DNA of 64,000 nucleotides. Source: Octopus vulgaris (lineage: Eukaryota). The stretch spans positions 16,368,001-16,432,000 of the forward strand of contig OX597827.1 of NCBI GenBank assembly GCA_951406725.2, in the 5' to 3' direction. Below are positions 41,679 to 53,583 of this stretch, piece after piece. Position numbers and translations under genes: made by a program. The notes beneath the pieces were generated by a model. The model saw nothing but the letters and a program-made list of their open reading frames with translations, did not search any database and was not told the DNA's origin. Every line of letters starts with the position of its first letter. The first letter of the stretch is position 1.

Positions 41679-41895
41679 TTGTGTGTCTGTGTTTGTCCCC
41701 CTAGCATTGCTTGACAACCGATGCTGGTGTGTTTACGTCCCCATCACTTAGCGGTTCGGCAAAAGAGACCGACAGAATAAGTGCTGGGCTTACAAAGAAT
41801 AAGTCTCGGGGTCGATTTGCTCGACTAAAGGCGGTGCTCCAGCATGGCCGCAGTCAAATGACTGAAACAAGTAAAAGAGTAAAAGAGTAAAGAGA
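41449..41895 (+). mobile_element. SINE family B
   Basis: Identity to other B copies. Confidence 0.88.
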
Positions 41896-42269
41896 GAGGT
41901 AAAGAGATCAGCTAATCTGCAGCGTGAAGAATTCTTTGAAAATCAGTGAGAAAGAAAATATTTACTGACAACTACTTCAAAACCTACAACTTCTCTACCC
42001 AAGTTATAAATTCCTATTCATACCTATAAGTATTGGTGCAGTTAGATGATGTTTGTCATGGGTATGGCTTTAAACTGCATCCAGTAGTGGAATCCCTGGT
42101 TCGGGAGTTTCAGAGTTTTGAGGAGAGTGAAACCACCTTCTATCCACTAATGTTCCCTGATCTACTCTGACCCAGAGAAGTAGCCCCCGTCGAGTCCTAG
42201 CTATATATTTATATTATATATATTTATATTATATTATATTATATTATATTATATGATATTATATTATAT

Positions 42270-42690
42270 AGGCGCAGGAGTGGCTGTGTGGTAAGTAGCT
42301 TGCTAACCATCCACATGGTTCCGGGTTCAGTCCCACTGCGTGGCATCGTGGGCAAGTGTCTTCCGCTATAGCCCCGGGCCGACCAATGCCTTGTGATTGG
42401 ATTTGGCTGAGGGAAACTGAAAGAAGCCTGTCGTATATATGTATATATAATAGACCTGTATATAAATAAATAACGTGGTATGTGTGTGTGTGTTTGTATG
42501 TGTGTGTTGTCCCCCTAGCATTGATTGACAACCGATGCTGGTGTGTTTACGTCCCCGTCACTTAACGGTTCGGCAAAAGAGACAGATAGAATAAGCACTG
42601 GGCTTACAAAGAATAAGTCCCGGGGTCGATTTGCTCGACTAAAGGCGGTGCTCCAGCATGGCCGCAGTCAAATGACTGAAACAAGTAAAA
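42270..42690 (+). mobile_element. SINE family B
   Basis: Identity to other B copies. Confidence 0.88.
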
Positions 42691-42724
42691 AAAAGTATAT
42701 ATATATATATATAATATAATATAT

Positions 42725-42799
<75 letters not shown>

Positions 42800-42800
<1 letters not shown>

Positions 42801-42923
42801 ACTAATTTCAACGGATTTCGCCCAAATTTGACGTCGATATTACTTAGTTTGGTTTGAAATAAAGAACTTGATTAGCTTAATAATCGTAACTTAATCCCGG
42901 GCAACGCCGGGTTATACTGCTAG
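42800..42923 (+). mobile_element. Helitron 3' terminus
   Basis: CCCGGGCAACGCCGGG hairpin, then TTATACTG-CTAG|T; matches the end of 26111-26497. Confidence 0.75.
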
Positions 42924-43473
42924 TGTCAGATAAGGTCACCGTAGTTGGAAAAAAGTACCTATTTGTTCTAGTTACTGACATTGGAAACCTCAGAAAAACT
43001 TGTCAACAATCCTTCCTCTTGTAATTGGAAGTAGAACAGCTGTCTCTGATGTTATAAAGGAGAATATTCCAAGGATTGTTCGTGTCTGTTGCCCATATAT
43101 ATTTACTACCGGAACCAGGGCACGTTGAAATCATGGGATACAACATGGTGGATGTGAATTATTTCGACGGATGTGCTTATTGAGTCATTGACGAATGTCA
43201 TTAGATGCCGAGTGGATGAACAAACTGTCAATCAACCCGTTCAGGTAACGAACAACTGCTATTCTCTATAGAGAATAGAGAATAGAGAATGCAATTTATA
43301 TATGAAACGGTAAAAATATGCGATACTTTCTAAAGTTCAACTTATAACATCATTATTTTAAAGTTTATTTCTACAAATTTTCTATAGAATTCAGAGCCAG
43401 CACTGGAAGTTACGACGTTTCTTAAGCAAAAACGTCAACATAAACAGTGTGATCGAAGATAGAAAATGGGTAA

Positions 43474-43520
43474 TGATGTATATACATATTTCAAGAGTCA
43501 TTGCTCTTTCATCAGCACCA
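43474..43520 (-). ncRNA. Canonical minimal type I hammerhead ribozyme
   Basis: tggtg-CTGATGA-AAGAG(caatga)CTCTT-GAAA-TAT(gt)ATA-TA-catca: all core nucleotides and three stems present. Confidence 0.78.
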
Positions 43521-43805
43521 CATCCAACATATCAACAATACACAGACACATTGCTTAAATACCCTCTAAGTTTAGCGGTATAACACAGTTGTATAGACCA
43601 ATTTACATATGGAACACATCCATCGCAGCTAGCACATATATATTAATTGCTGGCAGTATTTCTTTCGTTTTGCAACTATATTATACGAAATATTGACTTG
43701 TAAATATATCAACTATTGACTTGTAAACCCGTAATAGCATATTATGGTTGTAAAACGAAATACTATGTCTTTGCCAACAATTAATACTTATCACTATTGT
43801 TATCT

Positions 43806-44319
43806 GTGGAGGCGCAATGGCCCAGTGGTTTGGGCAGCGGACTCGCGGTCGGAGGATCACGGTTTCGATTCTCAGACCGGACGTTGTGTGTGTTTATTGA
43901 CCGAAAACACCTCAAAGCTCCACGATGCTCCGGATGGGGAGGGATGTGTGATCCTGTTGTACTCTTTCGCCACAACTTTCTCTCACTCTCTCTTCCTGTT
44001 ACTTCCTGTAATCGACCCCAAAAGGATAAAAGGTAAAGTCGACCTCAGCGGAATTTGAACTCAGAACGTAGCGGCAGACAAAATACCTATTTCTTTATTA
44101 CCCACAAGGGGCTAAACACAGAGGGGACAAACAAGGACAGACATAGGTATTAAGTCGATTACATCGACCCCAGTGCGTAACTGGTACTTAATTTATCGAC
44201 CCCGAAAGGATGAAAGGTAAAGTCGACCTCGGCGGAATTTGAACTCAGAACGTAGCGGCAGACGAAATACCGCTAAGCATTTCGCCCGGCGTGCTAACGT
44301 TTCTGCCAGCTCGCCGCCT
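43806..44319. mobile_element. Family C head without tail (43806-44008,+) abutting a family A multimer (44010-44319,-)
   Basis: Identity to other copies. Confidence 0.82.
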
Positions 44320-44345
44320 TGTTATCGTTTCTATAACATGTGATA

Positions 44346-44429
44346 CCTTTTTACGGGATGGGGGCGCTAGCTCTATGCCCAATCCTCCCCCTGTTTCCTC
44401 CGGACTTGGGACCGGCTTAGACGGAGTTT
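44346..44429 (-). ncRNA. Twister ribozyme-like motif at the 5' end of an RTE-type leader
   Basis: AACTCCGTCTAA-GCCGGTCCCAAGTCCGG-AGGAAACAGGGGGAGGATTGGGC, followed by ATAGAGCTAGCGCCCCCATCCCGTAAAA. Confidence 0.65.
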
Positions 44430-44469
44430 CATTATTTAGAACGATCGGTCATAATGCTGAGTGACATTT

Positions 44470-45256
44470 TTTCCAGCTTTACGTTCTGAATTCAAATTCC
44501 GCTGAGGTCGACGTTGTTTTTCATCGTTTCGAGTACTGGGGTTGATGTAATCGACTTACTCCCTCCCACAACATTTCAGGCTTTGTACCTCTAACAGAAA
44601 AGATTATTTAGAACGTAAGAGAGCGTGTTGGTATAAACGTTGGCGCGTCGGACAAAACGTTTAACGGCGAGCTGGCAGACACGTTAGCGCGCCGGACGAA
44701 ATGCTTAGTGGTATTTCGTCTGTTGCTACGTTCTGAGTTCAAATTCCGCCGAGGTCGACTTTGCCTTTCATCCTTTCGAGGTCGGTAAATTAAATACCAG
44801 TTACGCACTGGGGTCGATGTAATCGACTTAATCCCTTTGTCTGTCCTTGTTTAACCCCTCTATGTTTAGCCCCTTGTGGGTAGTAAAGTAATAGGCATTT
44901 CTGTTTGCGTTCAAATTCCGCTGAAATAAACTTTGCCTTTCATTTTTTCGGGGACATAAAATAAAGTACCGGTCAAGTACAGGGGTCAATGTAATCGAAT
45001 TGTCTCCTCTCGTCAAAATTTCTGGCCTTGTATGTAAAATCAAAATGTTGAAGATTTAGCGTTCTGAGTTCAAATCACGTCGAGGCCAACTTTGTCTTTC
45101 ACAATGATCAGGTTCAATAAAATAAAGTACTAGTCAAGTACTGGGTGCTTGGTGGGGGTTCAATGTGATCGACTTACCCTCACCCCCACTTCATGCTAAA
45201 GCTGTTAGCCTTGTGCCAAAATCTGAAACGATTATTTCGAATGTGGATAAAATGCC

Positions 45257-45302
<46 letters not shown>

Positions 45303-45560
45303 GTGTGTGTGAGTGTGTGTGTGTGTGTATGTGTGTGTGTGTGTGGCTAATTGGAAGTACATCGCTTAGAGCAACGGACAAAATTCCTGGCGGTATTTGT
45401 TTCAGCTCTTTATGTTCCTAGTTTAAATACCACCAAGATCAATTTTGCCTTTTATCCTTTCGGGATCGATAGATAAAAATACCAATCAAACTCTATGGTT
45501 GATTTAATCGACTCACCCAAAATTACTAGTCTTGTGTCTAAATTGATAACAATTATTATT
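44470..45560 (+). mobile_element. Head-to-tail cluster of family A SINEs of different ages
   Basis: At least five A cores, all plus strand. Confidence 0.8.
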
Positions 45561-45661
45561 ATTATCATTAGTTGTAGTATGTGACTATTTCTAGTTGTAT
45601 TAGAATTAAGAAAACAATAGAATTGTTTTAACCACAGCAATAACAGAAGCAGCACCGACAA

Positions 45662-45990
45662 GTGGAGGCGCAATGGCCCAATGGTTAGGGCAGCAGACTC
45701 GCGGTCGGGGGATCGTGGTTTCGATTCCCAGACGGGCGTTGTGTGTGTGTTTATTGAGCGAAAACACCTAAAGCTCCACGAGGCTCTGGCAGGGTGTGGT
45801 GCCGACCCCTGCTTTCGCCCCAACTTTCTCTCACTCTTTCTTCCTGTTGCTGTTGAGCCTGGATGCGCATTCATCCATCCGTCGATGCTCTCGGTGTCGG
45901 GGGTTGACCTGCTTTCTCTTCTGCGGGTCTTACGAATAGCAAAGGACCATGTTTCGGACTTCTCCCATCTTGCGAGCTCTGGGACGAAGA
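45662..45990 (+). mobile_element. SINE family C with tail ii
   Basis: Matches 17929-18297. Confidence 0.88.
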
Positions 45991-46008
45991 GCAGCAACGA
46001 CAACAGAA

Positions 46009-46790
46009 GTGGGGGCGCAATGGCCCAGTGGTTAGGGCAGCGGACTCGCGGTCGTAAGAACGCGGTTTCGATTCCCAGACCGGGCATTGAGAGTGTTTAT
46101 TGAGCAAAAACACCTAAGCTCCATGAGGATCCGGCGGGGTGGTGGTGAACCCAGGTGTACTCTTTCACCACAACTTTCTTTCACTCTTTCTTCCTACTTC
46201 TGTCACAAAGCAGAGGAACCATGGTGTAACCCACTATGGTGTGGTAAACTTTCAGACCCTAGTCTAGATTGCGTATCCTCTGTACCCCAGAATGGTTCAG
46301 CTCTCCACCCGTTAAAAGCCAACGTTTACGGAATGAGGATAACAAAGTAGCTTTCGCGCCCGTGCAACCGCCAGTCTTTCGCGTGTGGTGGGTGGATCTT
46401 CAAGTTGCCACACGCATTCTTAGTAGCTTAGAGTAGGCTCGAATTAGAGATTATTGTTTGTGGCTCTGCCACAAAGCAGAGGAACCATGGTGTAACCCAC
46501 TATGGTGTGGTAAACTTTCAGACCCTAGTCTAGATTGCGTATCCTCTGTACCCCAGGATGGTTCAGCTCTCCACTCGTTAAAAGCCACCGTTTACGGAAT
46601 GAGGATAACAACGTAGCTTTCGTGCCCGTGCAACCGCCAGTCTATCGCGTGTGGTGGGTGGATCTTCAAGTTGCCACACGCGTTCTTAGTAGCTTAGAGT
46701 AGGCTCGAATTAGAGATTATTCTTTGTGGCTAATGGCGTGAGTCCTGATTGGGAGAAGAAGAAGAAGAAGAAGAAGAAGAAGAAGAAGAT
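46009..46790 (+). mobile_element. SINE family C head + tail iv (two tandem 266-bp units, then (GAA)n)
   Basis: Units start at 46204 and 46470; ends GAGTCCTGATTGGG(AGA)n. Confidence 0.75.
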
Positions 46791-47121
46791 GAGGAAGAAG
46801 AAAGGAGAAGAAGAAGACGACAATAGCAACGGTATTAACATCATCACCAAATTTTGGCACAAGGTCAAGAATTCCGGAGGAGAGGTTGAATCGATTAGAT
46901 CGTCCTCAGTTTTAACTGGAACTTATTTACTTAACAGTGCTTAACTGGTACTTATTAACTAGTACGACCTCGAAAGAATGAAAGTCGACCTCGCCGGCAG
47001 GATTTGAACTCAGAACGTGAAGATGAACGAAATGTCGCCATGTGTTAGATAAACATGGGAAGAATCTGATTACTTTCTTACAAAGAATCGGCTTACGGCT
47101 TACGATAGAAAGTTATTTTAT

Positions 47122-47507
47122 TGGAAGCACTCCGTCGGTTACGACGACGAGGGTTCCGGTTGATCCGAATCAACGGAACAGCCTGCTCGTGAAATTAACG
47201 TGTAAGTGGCTGAGCACTCCACAGACACGTGTACCCTTAACGTAGTTCTCGGGGATATTCAGCGTGACACAGAGAGTGGCAAGGCCGTCCCTTTGAAATA
47301 CAGGTACAACAGAAACAGGAAGAAAGAGTGAGAGTAAGTTGTGGTGAAAGAGTACAGCAGGGATCACCACCATCCCCTGCCGGAGAATCGTGGAGCTTTT
47401 AGGTGTTTTCGCTCAATAAACACTCATAACGCCCGGTCTGGGAATCGAAACCGCGATCCTATGACTGCGAGTCCGCTGCCCTAACCACTGGGCCATTGCG
47501 CCTCCAC
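47122..47507 (-). mobile_element. SINE family C with tail i
   Basis: 13-bp TSD TACGATAGAAAGT at 47101-47113 and 47508-47520. Confidence 0.93.
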
Positions 47508-47719
47508 TACGATAGAAAGTAACCTTAATAACGTAGATATTTTAGATATCAACTTAGATTTGCAATTAGATAATGTAACCTGGGGAATTCTAGAAAAAGC
47601 ATCGTCATACAGACATGGAGCTTATAAAATACACACACGTATAGACACGCATACAAATATTAAAAAAATATGTACTGAAAGTGATAGTGTAGAATATATA
47701 CGTAAGGTAATAGGATAGA

Positions 47720-48182
47720 AAACCTCCCCACACGCCAAACCTTTATTACCCAAAAAGACCACAAAGCTAATTTCAATAGAAACCCAAAATATGGACTAAT
47801 TAGTCCAGTTAAAACTTAAATAGGCATTATTTGCAAATATATTTTAGATCGTATTTTAAGCAAGTTAAATAGTGAATTAAATTTACGGATTTGGAAAAAT
47901 TGCAAGTCATTGATAGATCGGTTCAAAGGGATTAGCCATAAGAATAACTGCAAATTTACGCAGTTTGATATATACTCATTTACTCATTTACTTGTTTCAG
48001 TCATTTGACTGTGGCCATACTGGAGCATCGCCTTTAGTCGAGGAAATCGACCCTAGGACTTATTCTTTGTAAGCCTAGTACTTACTCTATCGGTCTCTTT
48101 TGCCGAACCGCTAAGTTACGAGGACATAAACACACCAGCATCGGTTGTCAAGCGATGTTGGGGGGACAAACACGACACATAA

Positions 48183-48213
<31 letters not shown>

Positions 48214-49730
48214 CATATATACGACAGGTTTCTTTCAGTTTCCGTCTACCAAATCCACTCACAAGGCTTTGGTCGGCCCGAGGGTATAGTAGAAGACACT
48301 TACCCAAGGTGCCACCCAGTTGGACTGAACCTGGAACTATGTGGTTCGTAAACAAGCTACTTACCACACAGCCACTCCTACGCCTATACTGTTCATTTTT
48401 ACACGTCATTATCTAGGCCTTTGCTTCTAAAAGCATTAGACTTCGCAAAGGCGTATGTCATCATCGATAGCTTGGGAATAGATATTATCCTGCATGCAAA
48501 GAAACCCTTTCTTTTAATGATTCCACCTGAGTCAAAAAGAGTGAAGATTCTCTATTCGATATACCGATGAGGGAATATGATGGGGCAGAGTTGTGTATGC
48601 TTATAGGAACTTATATTTTGCATAATCTGCATCTAGAATTCCATTTTATTGATGCAGGATTATACAGGAATGGCGGTCTTATAGTCGGCCTTAATTTAAA
48701 CGTCCATGTGTTAGATAAACATGGGAAGAATCTGATTACTTTCTTCCAAAGAATGGGCTTACGGATTAAGATAGAAAGTAACCTTAATAACGTAGATCTT
48801 TTAGATATCAACTTAGATTTGCAATTAGATAAAATTAAACCCTGCCGTAAAGCTGTTATACTAGCAAAGAATCCAATCATCCACCACCCGTAATTCTTAA
48901 GAGCCTACTTATTTATGTAGGAAGGCGAATATCATCGATTTCTTTAGATGAGGCAGCATTTCAAAATGCCGCGCTGTATTACAATAATGCATTAAGGAAA
49001 AGTGGATTCTCAGAGAAGATCCAGTATAGTTAAGCTAATTCTAACAATAATAGACCACATAGAACTAGAACTAAGGAAGATGTTGTGGTTTAACCCTGCA
49101 TTCAATATTGTCATAAAAACTAATACAGGTAGGGAATTCTTAAAATTAGTTTCTAAACATTTTCAATCTCGCCATAAGTTCTATAGGATTTTTAATAGGA
49201 GAACACTGAAGGCTAGCTATTCTTGTTGCAAAACCTTCCCCTCGTCTATTAACCAGCATAACACGAACATTATTACAAATAACTACAGTGCTGAATCTAA
49301 TCTGAGGAACTGCAACTTCAAAGATAAGACTTGCTGTCCGTTGGAAGGTAAATGCCTTGAAAAAGGAATTGTTTATAGAGCTAAAGTGCAAGTAGATGGC
49401 TCACAAGAATAAGAAAAACATACACAGGAAAATTCATTCAAGACTCGATTTTATTCCCATCGTAATTCTTTCCGATACCCCGAGAATAGGACAGCAACTA
49501 GTCTTGCAAAGCATGTCTGGGAATTGAAAGAGAATGACACCCGTCCTTTCAATGTAACCTGGGGAATTCTAGAAAAAGCATCGTCATACAGACATGGAGC
49601 TCATAAAAGAGCTATGAAATGTAATCTTTGCCTCTCAGAAAAGTTCTTCATCCTGTTCCAGGATAAACATGCTTTGAACCAGAGACGCGAGCTCTGAAAA
49701 TCCTGCAGGCACGCCGAGAGGGTTTAAAAT
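47720..49730 (+). pseudogene. Penelope-like element RT + C-terminal GIY-YIG endonuclease, disrupted
   Basis: FITQKDHKANF..LISP, QFDI..FY, FDIPM.EYDGAELC.LIG, GLYRNGGL (catalytic YRDD lost), VDLLDINLDL, WFNP, CNFKDKTCCPLEGKCL..IVYRAKV, FKTRFYSHRNSF, TSLAKHVWELK, CNLCLSEK; stops, frameshifts and a SINE insertion. Confidence 0.9.
47972..48385 (-). mobile_element. SINE family B inserted in the PLE RT
   Basis: Identity to B; possible TSD TATACT. Confidence 0.88.
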
Positions 49731-50418
49731 GTTAACCGATAATATACCATATGGGTAAAATATTTTGACCTGCGGAAAATTTTGACTTTACACCTTATAT
49801 TAATATTGCGTTACAATGCTAGTGCATATTTCGACTTCACTTTTAAGAAAGCCTTCGACTGTTTTACAAATTTAAGCTTAAGCTCCGCCGAGGTTTATTT
49901 TTATTGTTTATTGACACCTTTAATTATGTGATATCAATTTATTTGGCAATTTCCTTATTTTAGCATTTTAATATTATATATACCAGACAGCTTTTAAAAA
50001 TTGTTTGCCCATATACGTTATGATGTATATATTTATCTTGCTATGAAGATATGTCTCTATATATTTATGTGTATGTATGTATTGTAGGTATGTGTATGTA
50101 TGTATGTCTGTGTACGTGTATATATGTGTGCGTGTATGTGTATATATATGTGTGTATGTATATATACATATATATAATAATTATTTGAGGGAATATTAAT
50201 CCTAACTTACAGGGAAAATTTAATTTAGGAATACTAAATCAAATTTCACACAATATAATATATATATAAAAATTAGAAAAAAAACACCTTTTATCAATTC
50301 AAACTGAACAATTAAACTACACCATCTAGAAAATTACATATAATAGAAATATTAAAATTAAAATTAAAATAACAATACCATGCCGATGATTAAGTAAATT
50401 GCAAAAAAAAATAAAAAC

Positions 50419-50474
<56 letters not shown>

Positions 50475-50877
50475 GTGTGTGTGTGTGTATATGTATATGT
50501 GTATATACATTTATATATGTAGGCGTGTATTTGCGTACATATTTTTTGTATATTTGTATGCGTGTCTATACGTGTGTGTATTTGTATGTGTGTTTATATT
50601 TATTTATTTAAACGGATATATCTTTTATTTATTAATTTATTATTATTTTTACAGCTAATTATTTACTCTGGGTATTCAGGCCTATACCTTCTTTATAAGC
50701 TACTTTTGATTTAAGGTTTACTTCGATTTTTATAATAATATGATTCTAAACCGAAATTTGTTATTTTATGCAACCGGTTATTAAAAAGACCGTTAGTTGA
50801 AAGAGCCAATGAAACAAAATCATTTTCAAATGTGTATCTATCAAAGTAATATAACTTTATCTTGCTCCATTCTAAAC

Positions 50878-50926
50878 AAAACTGCCCGACGACGAATGGG
50901 AACGTGAAACTCCGAGTAACAGTTTT
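50878..50926 (+). ncRNA. Minimal hammerhead motif, same family as 34264-34309
   Basis: aaaactgc-CCGACGA-cga-ATG(GGAA)CGT-GAAA-CTCCGAG-TA-acagtttt. Confidence 0.55.
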
Positions 50927-50988
50927 TGTGATATGGTATTGGAGTACTATTTTTCCATCTTTTTTCGCATTTTGTGCTTACTCTGGTG

Positions 50989-51021
<33 letters not shown>

Positions 51022-51034
51022 ATATATATTGTAT

Positions 51035-51142
51035 GAGGGATTATTAACATAAATTCACATAGGAGGGACAAAGTAATACCAAAATTATATAATTTTGGTA
51101 GTAATGACTTTGTCCTAGTGAATTTATGTGTAATAATCCCTC
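51035..51142. repeat. Imperfect palindrome centred on AATTATATAATT
   Basis: GAGGGATTATT..ATAAATTCAC..GGACAAAGT..TACCAAAATTA and its reverse complement. Confidence 0.8.
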
Positions 51143-51280
51143 TATAAATATAGATATAATTAATTTGTTCAAAAGAAAAAAATTATTTTCGGATTCTTTT
51201 CTTTTATGAGGTTTTCACGCTAGCTACCCGATAATTTCTTGTTAAGATCCCTTATTAAAAGATTATCCTTAATTGTTAAA

Positions 51281-51383
<103 letters not shown>

Positions 51384-51411
51384 GTTTAAATATTTGTTTA
51401 TATATTCCGAA

Positions 51412-51486
<75 letters not shown>

Positions 51487-51567
51487 CAAAGTGGAGTTGT
51501 AAGGTACCGCAAGAGTGGAATTATATATGAAAGAAGGTTTGAAAATGCAATTTTAAAAGATGTTTAT

Positions 51568-51612
51568 TTACTTTACCGGTTTCCCCTTTTAGAAAAAAAT
51601 TGTCAAAAGTAA
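51568..51612 (-). ncRNA. Decayed hammerhead motif in the 3' region of the adjacent PLE
   Basis: ttactt-TTGACAA-..-GAAA-CCGG-TA-aagtaa, followed by AATAAA. Confidence 0.45.
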
Positions 51613-51849
51613 CATGTTTGGTTGTGTTAATTATTGGTTGTCACAAAATGCTACAATACATATATACATTCTTTGGTAACAAGAACATGTTAAGAACATA
51701 AAAATGTTTAACAAGTTTATTAAAATATTGGGCACAAAGAATTACAACATATATATACATTCCCAATAAAATGTTAAGGATAGTTTCCAGAAGGAATTAT
51801 TAAAAACGTTCAGTGGAATATTGGTATATTGGTATAGTGGGGAAACTAA

Positions 51850-52430
51850 GAATTTGGGGGACTTATTGTGTGCACAGAGGTCTAAATGTCCACTTAGTGG
51901 TATCTGTCTTGTGGCGGGGTCCCTCAGTTGTTGGCGGTGAACTGTCATCATTTCTTTGAGGGTAAGGCTCGTTTGCCCTATGTAGTCTTCGTGGCACTCT
52001 TCACACCTTATGACATAGAGTAAATTTTTTGATGCGCAGGTGAAATTATTTTTTATGACAAAGGTGTGTCCCGACTAGAACTTGTACGTTGATCCTTCAA
52101 TGAGGTGGATGCAAGTCCTGCAGTTGGAACGACCACATTTTTTGACGGTGGGCGGTGGATGGTGTTGTGTAATTTTGCATTGGTGAGTAGGTTTTTTTTA
52201 GGGATTTAGGTTGTCTTTTACTTTTTATTATTTTATGAGCTGCGAGTAATTTTTTTGGACGTGGGTCTTGATTTAGCTGTGGAATGTTGTATATAATTGT
52301 GTAAGCTTCTGCATTTCTTGGGTTGTGTGTTGAAAGATAGGGGAGTTGGTCCTGACTATATTCCATTGTGAATTGGATGTGGTTGTTTACACTGTTGATA
52401 AGGTTTTTGAAGTCAATAGTTTTTGAAGTC
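51850..52430 (-). pseudogene. Second PLE lineage fragment (Neptune-like Cys linker + GIY-YIG), internally deleted
   Basis: INSVNNHIQFTMEYSQDQLPYL fused to ..KSKRQPKSLK..KCGRSNCRTC..NFTCASKNLLYVIRCEECHEDYIGQT..LKERMTVHRQQ. Confidence 0.85.
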
Positions 52431-52518
52431 AATATATATATATACATATATATATTGGGTTAGTAAGAAAGTAATTTTAGTAATTTTAGTAAGAAAGTAA
52501 TTTTAGTATATTCCGGTC

Positions 52519-52588
<70 letters not shown>

Positions 52589-52766
52589 CATATATACATA
52601 TACATATATATATATATATATATACATATTTATGCATATATACATGCGTATATATATACACATATATGCATACATATATACATGCATAAACACACACATA
52701 TATATACATACATGCATATATATATATATAAAATCAAAATAAGCAAGAAGGATATCCAGAGTTAAT

Positions 52767-52851
52767 GCAGTACGATCGTTTCATGCAACTCCATTTAATT
52801 GAACACTGCAATCATTACATCGATTTAAAATATAGAGCAATCTTCAACTGC
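52767..52851 (-). ncRNA. Variant type I hammerhead ribozyme motif (U3 core, long stem II)
   Basis: gcag-TTGAAGA-ttgc..gcat-GAAA-CGATCG-TA-ctgc. Confidence 0.65.
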
Positions 52852-53492
52852 TCAAAGACATAGAATTTAATTAAAATAGAACAGATGTACACGTTAGTAT
52901 AATTATACCTAAAATCTCCAAGAAGTTAAGGAGATAGACAAAGAACATGTGTCTACTTCAGCATAGAAGTAGATTACATAGAAGTAGATTTACCGCAGGA
53001 AGTTCGTAGTGGCTGTTGGGGTAATAGTATTAATAAGATAGGAGATAGAATGCGTAATAGGTTTTATTGAGCACAACACATGTATCGACCCGTCGTTCTG
53101 GGTCTCCTCGGGTACATCCGTATATATATTTGTATTGCTTTTACTGTCCTGTTCTTGTCACCTGTTTTTACCTCTCCGCAAAAAGAATTTTATTTAGTTC
53201 GTTTTGCGGGAAGGACTATTTCAGTGTAGTCGTGTTCTGCCTTACCTTCGAAACACGCAATGAGTCGAAACAGAGGCAGCTGAAGAAGGGGAATGTTCCT
53301 TATGTTGTATGTCTTGTGTTCTGTTTATTCGTTGTTTAAAAAAGTCCGTTTCCTCGTTTTGTTTTTATGTTTTCGTTTCTCGTGTTCTACGTCTTTTTGT
53401 GGCGTCCTGTACCCATATATGCATGTATATATACATATAGATGTAGTATGTACATATATGTATGTATGCATATGTTTTATTTATTAAATTGT

Positions 53493-53558
<66 letters not shown>

Positions 53559-53583
53559 TTATATATATATATGTATATATATA

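Noticed and set aside
46722-46745. HDV-like J4/2 (GGCTAATGG) after the tandem unit
   Set aside because: No P1/P2/P3 nested pseudoknot could be built upstream
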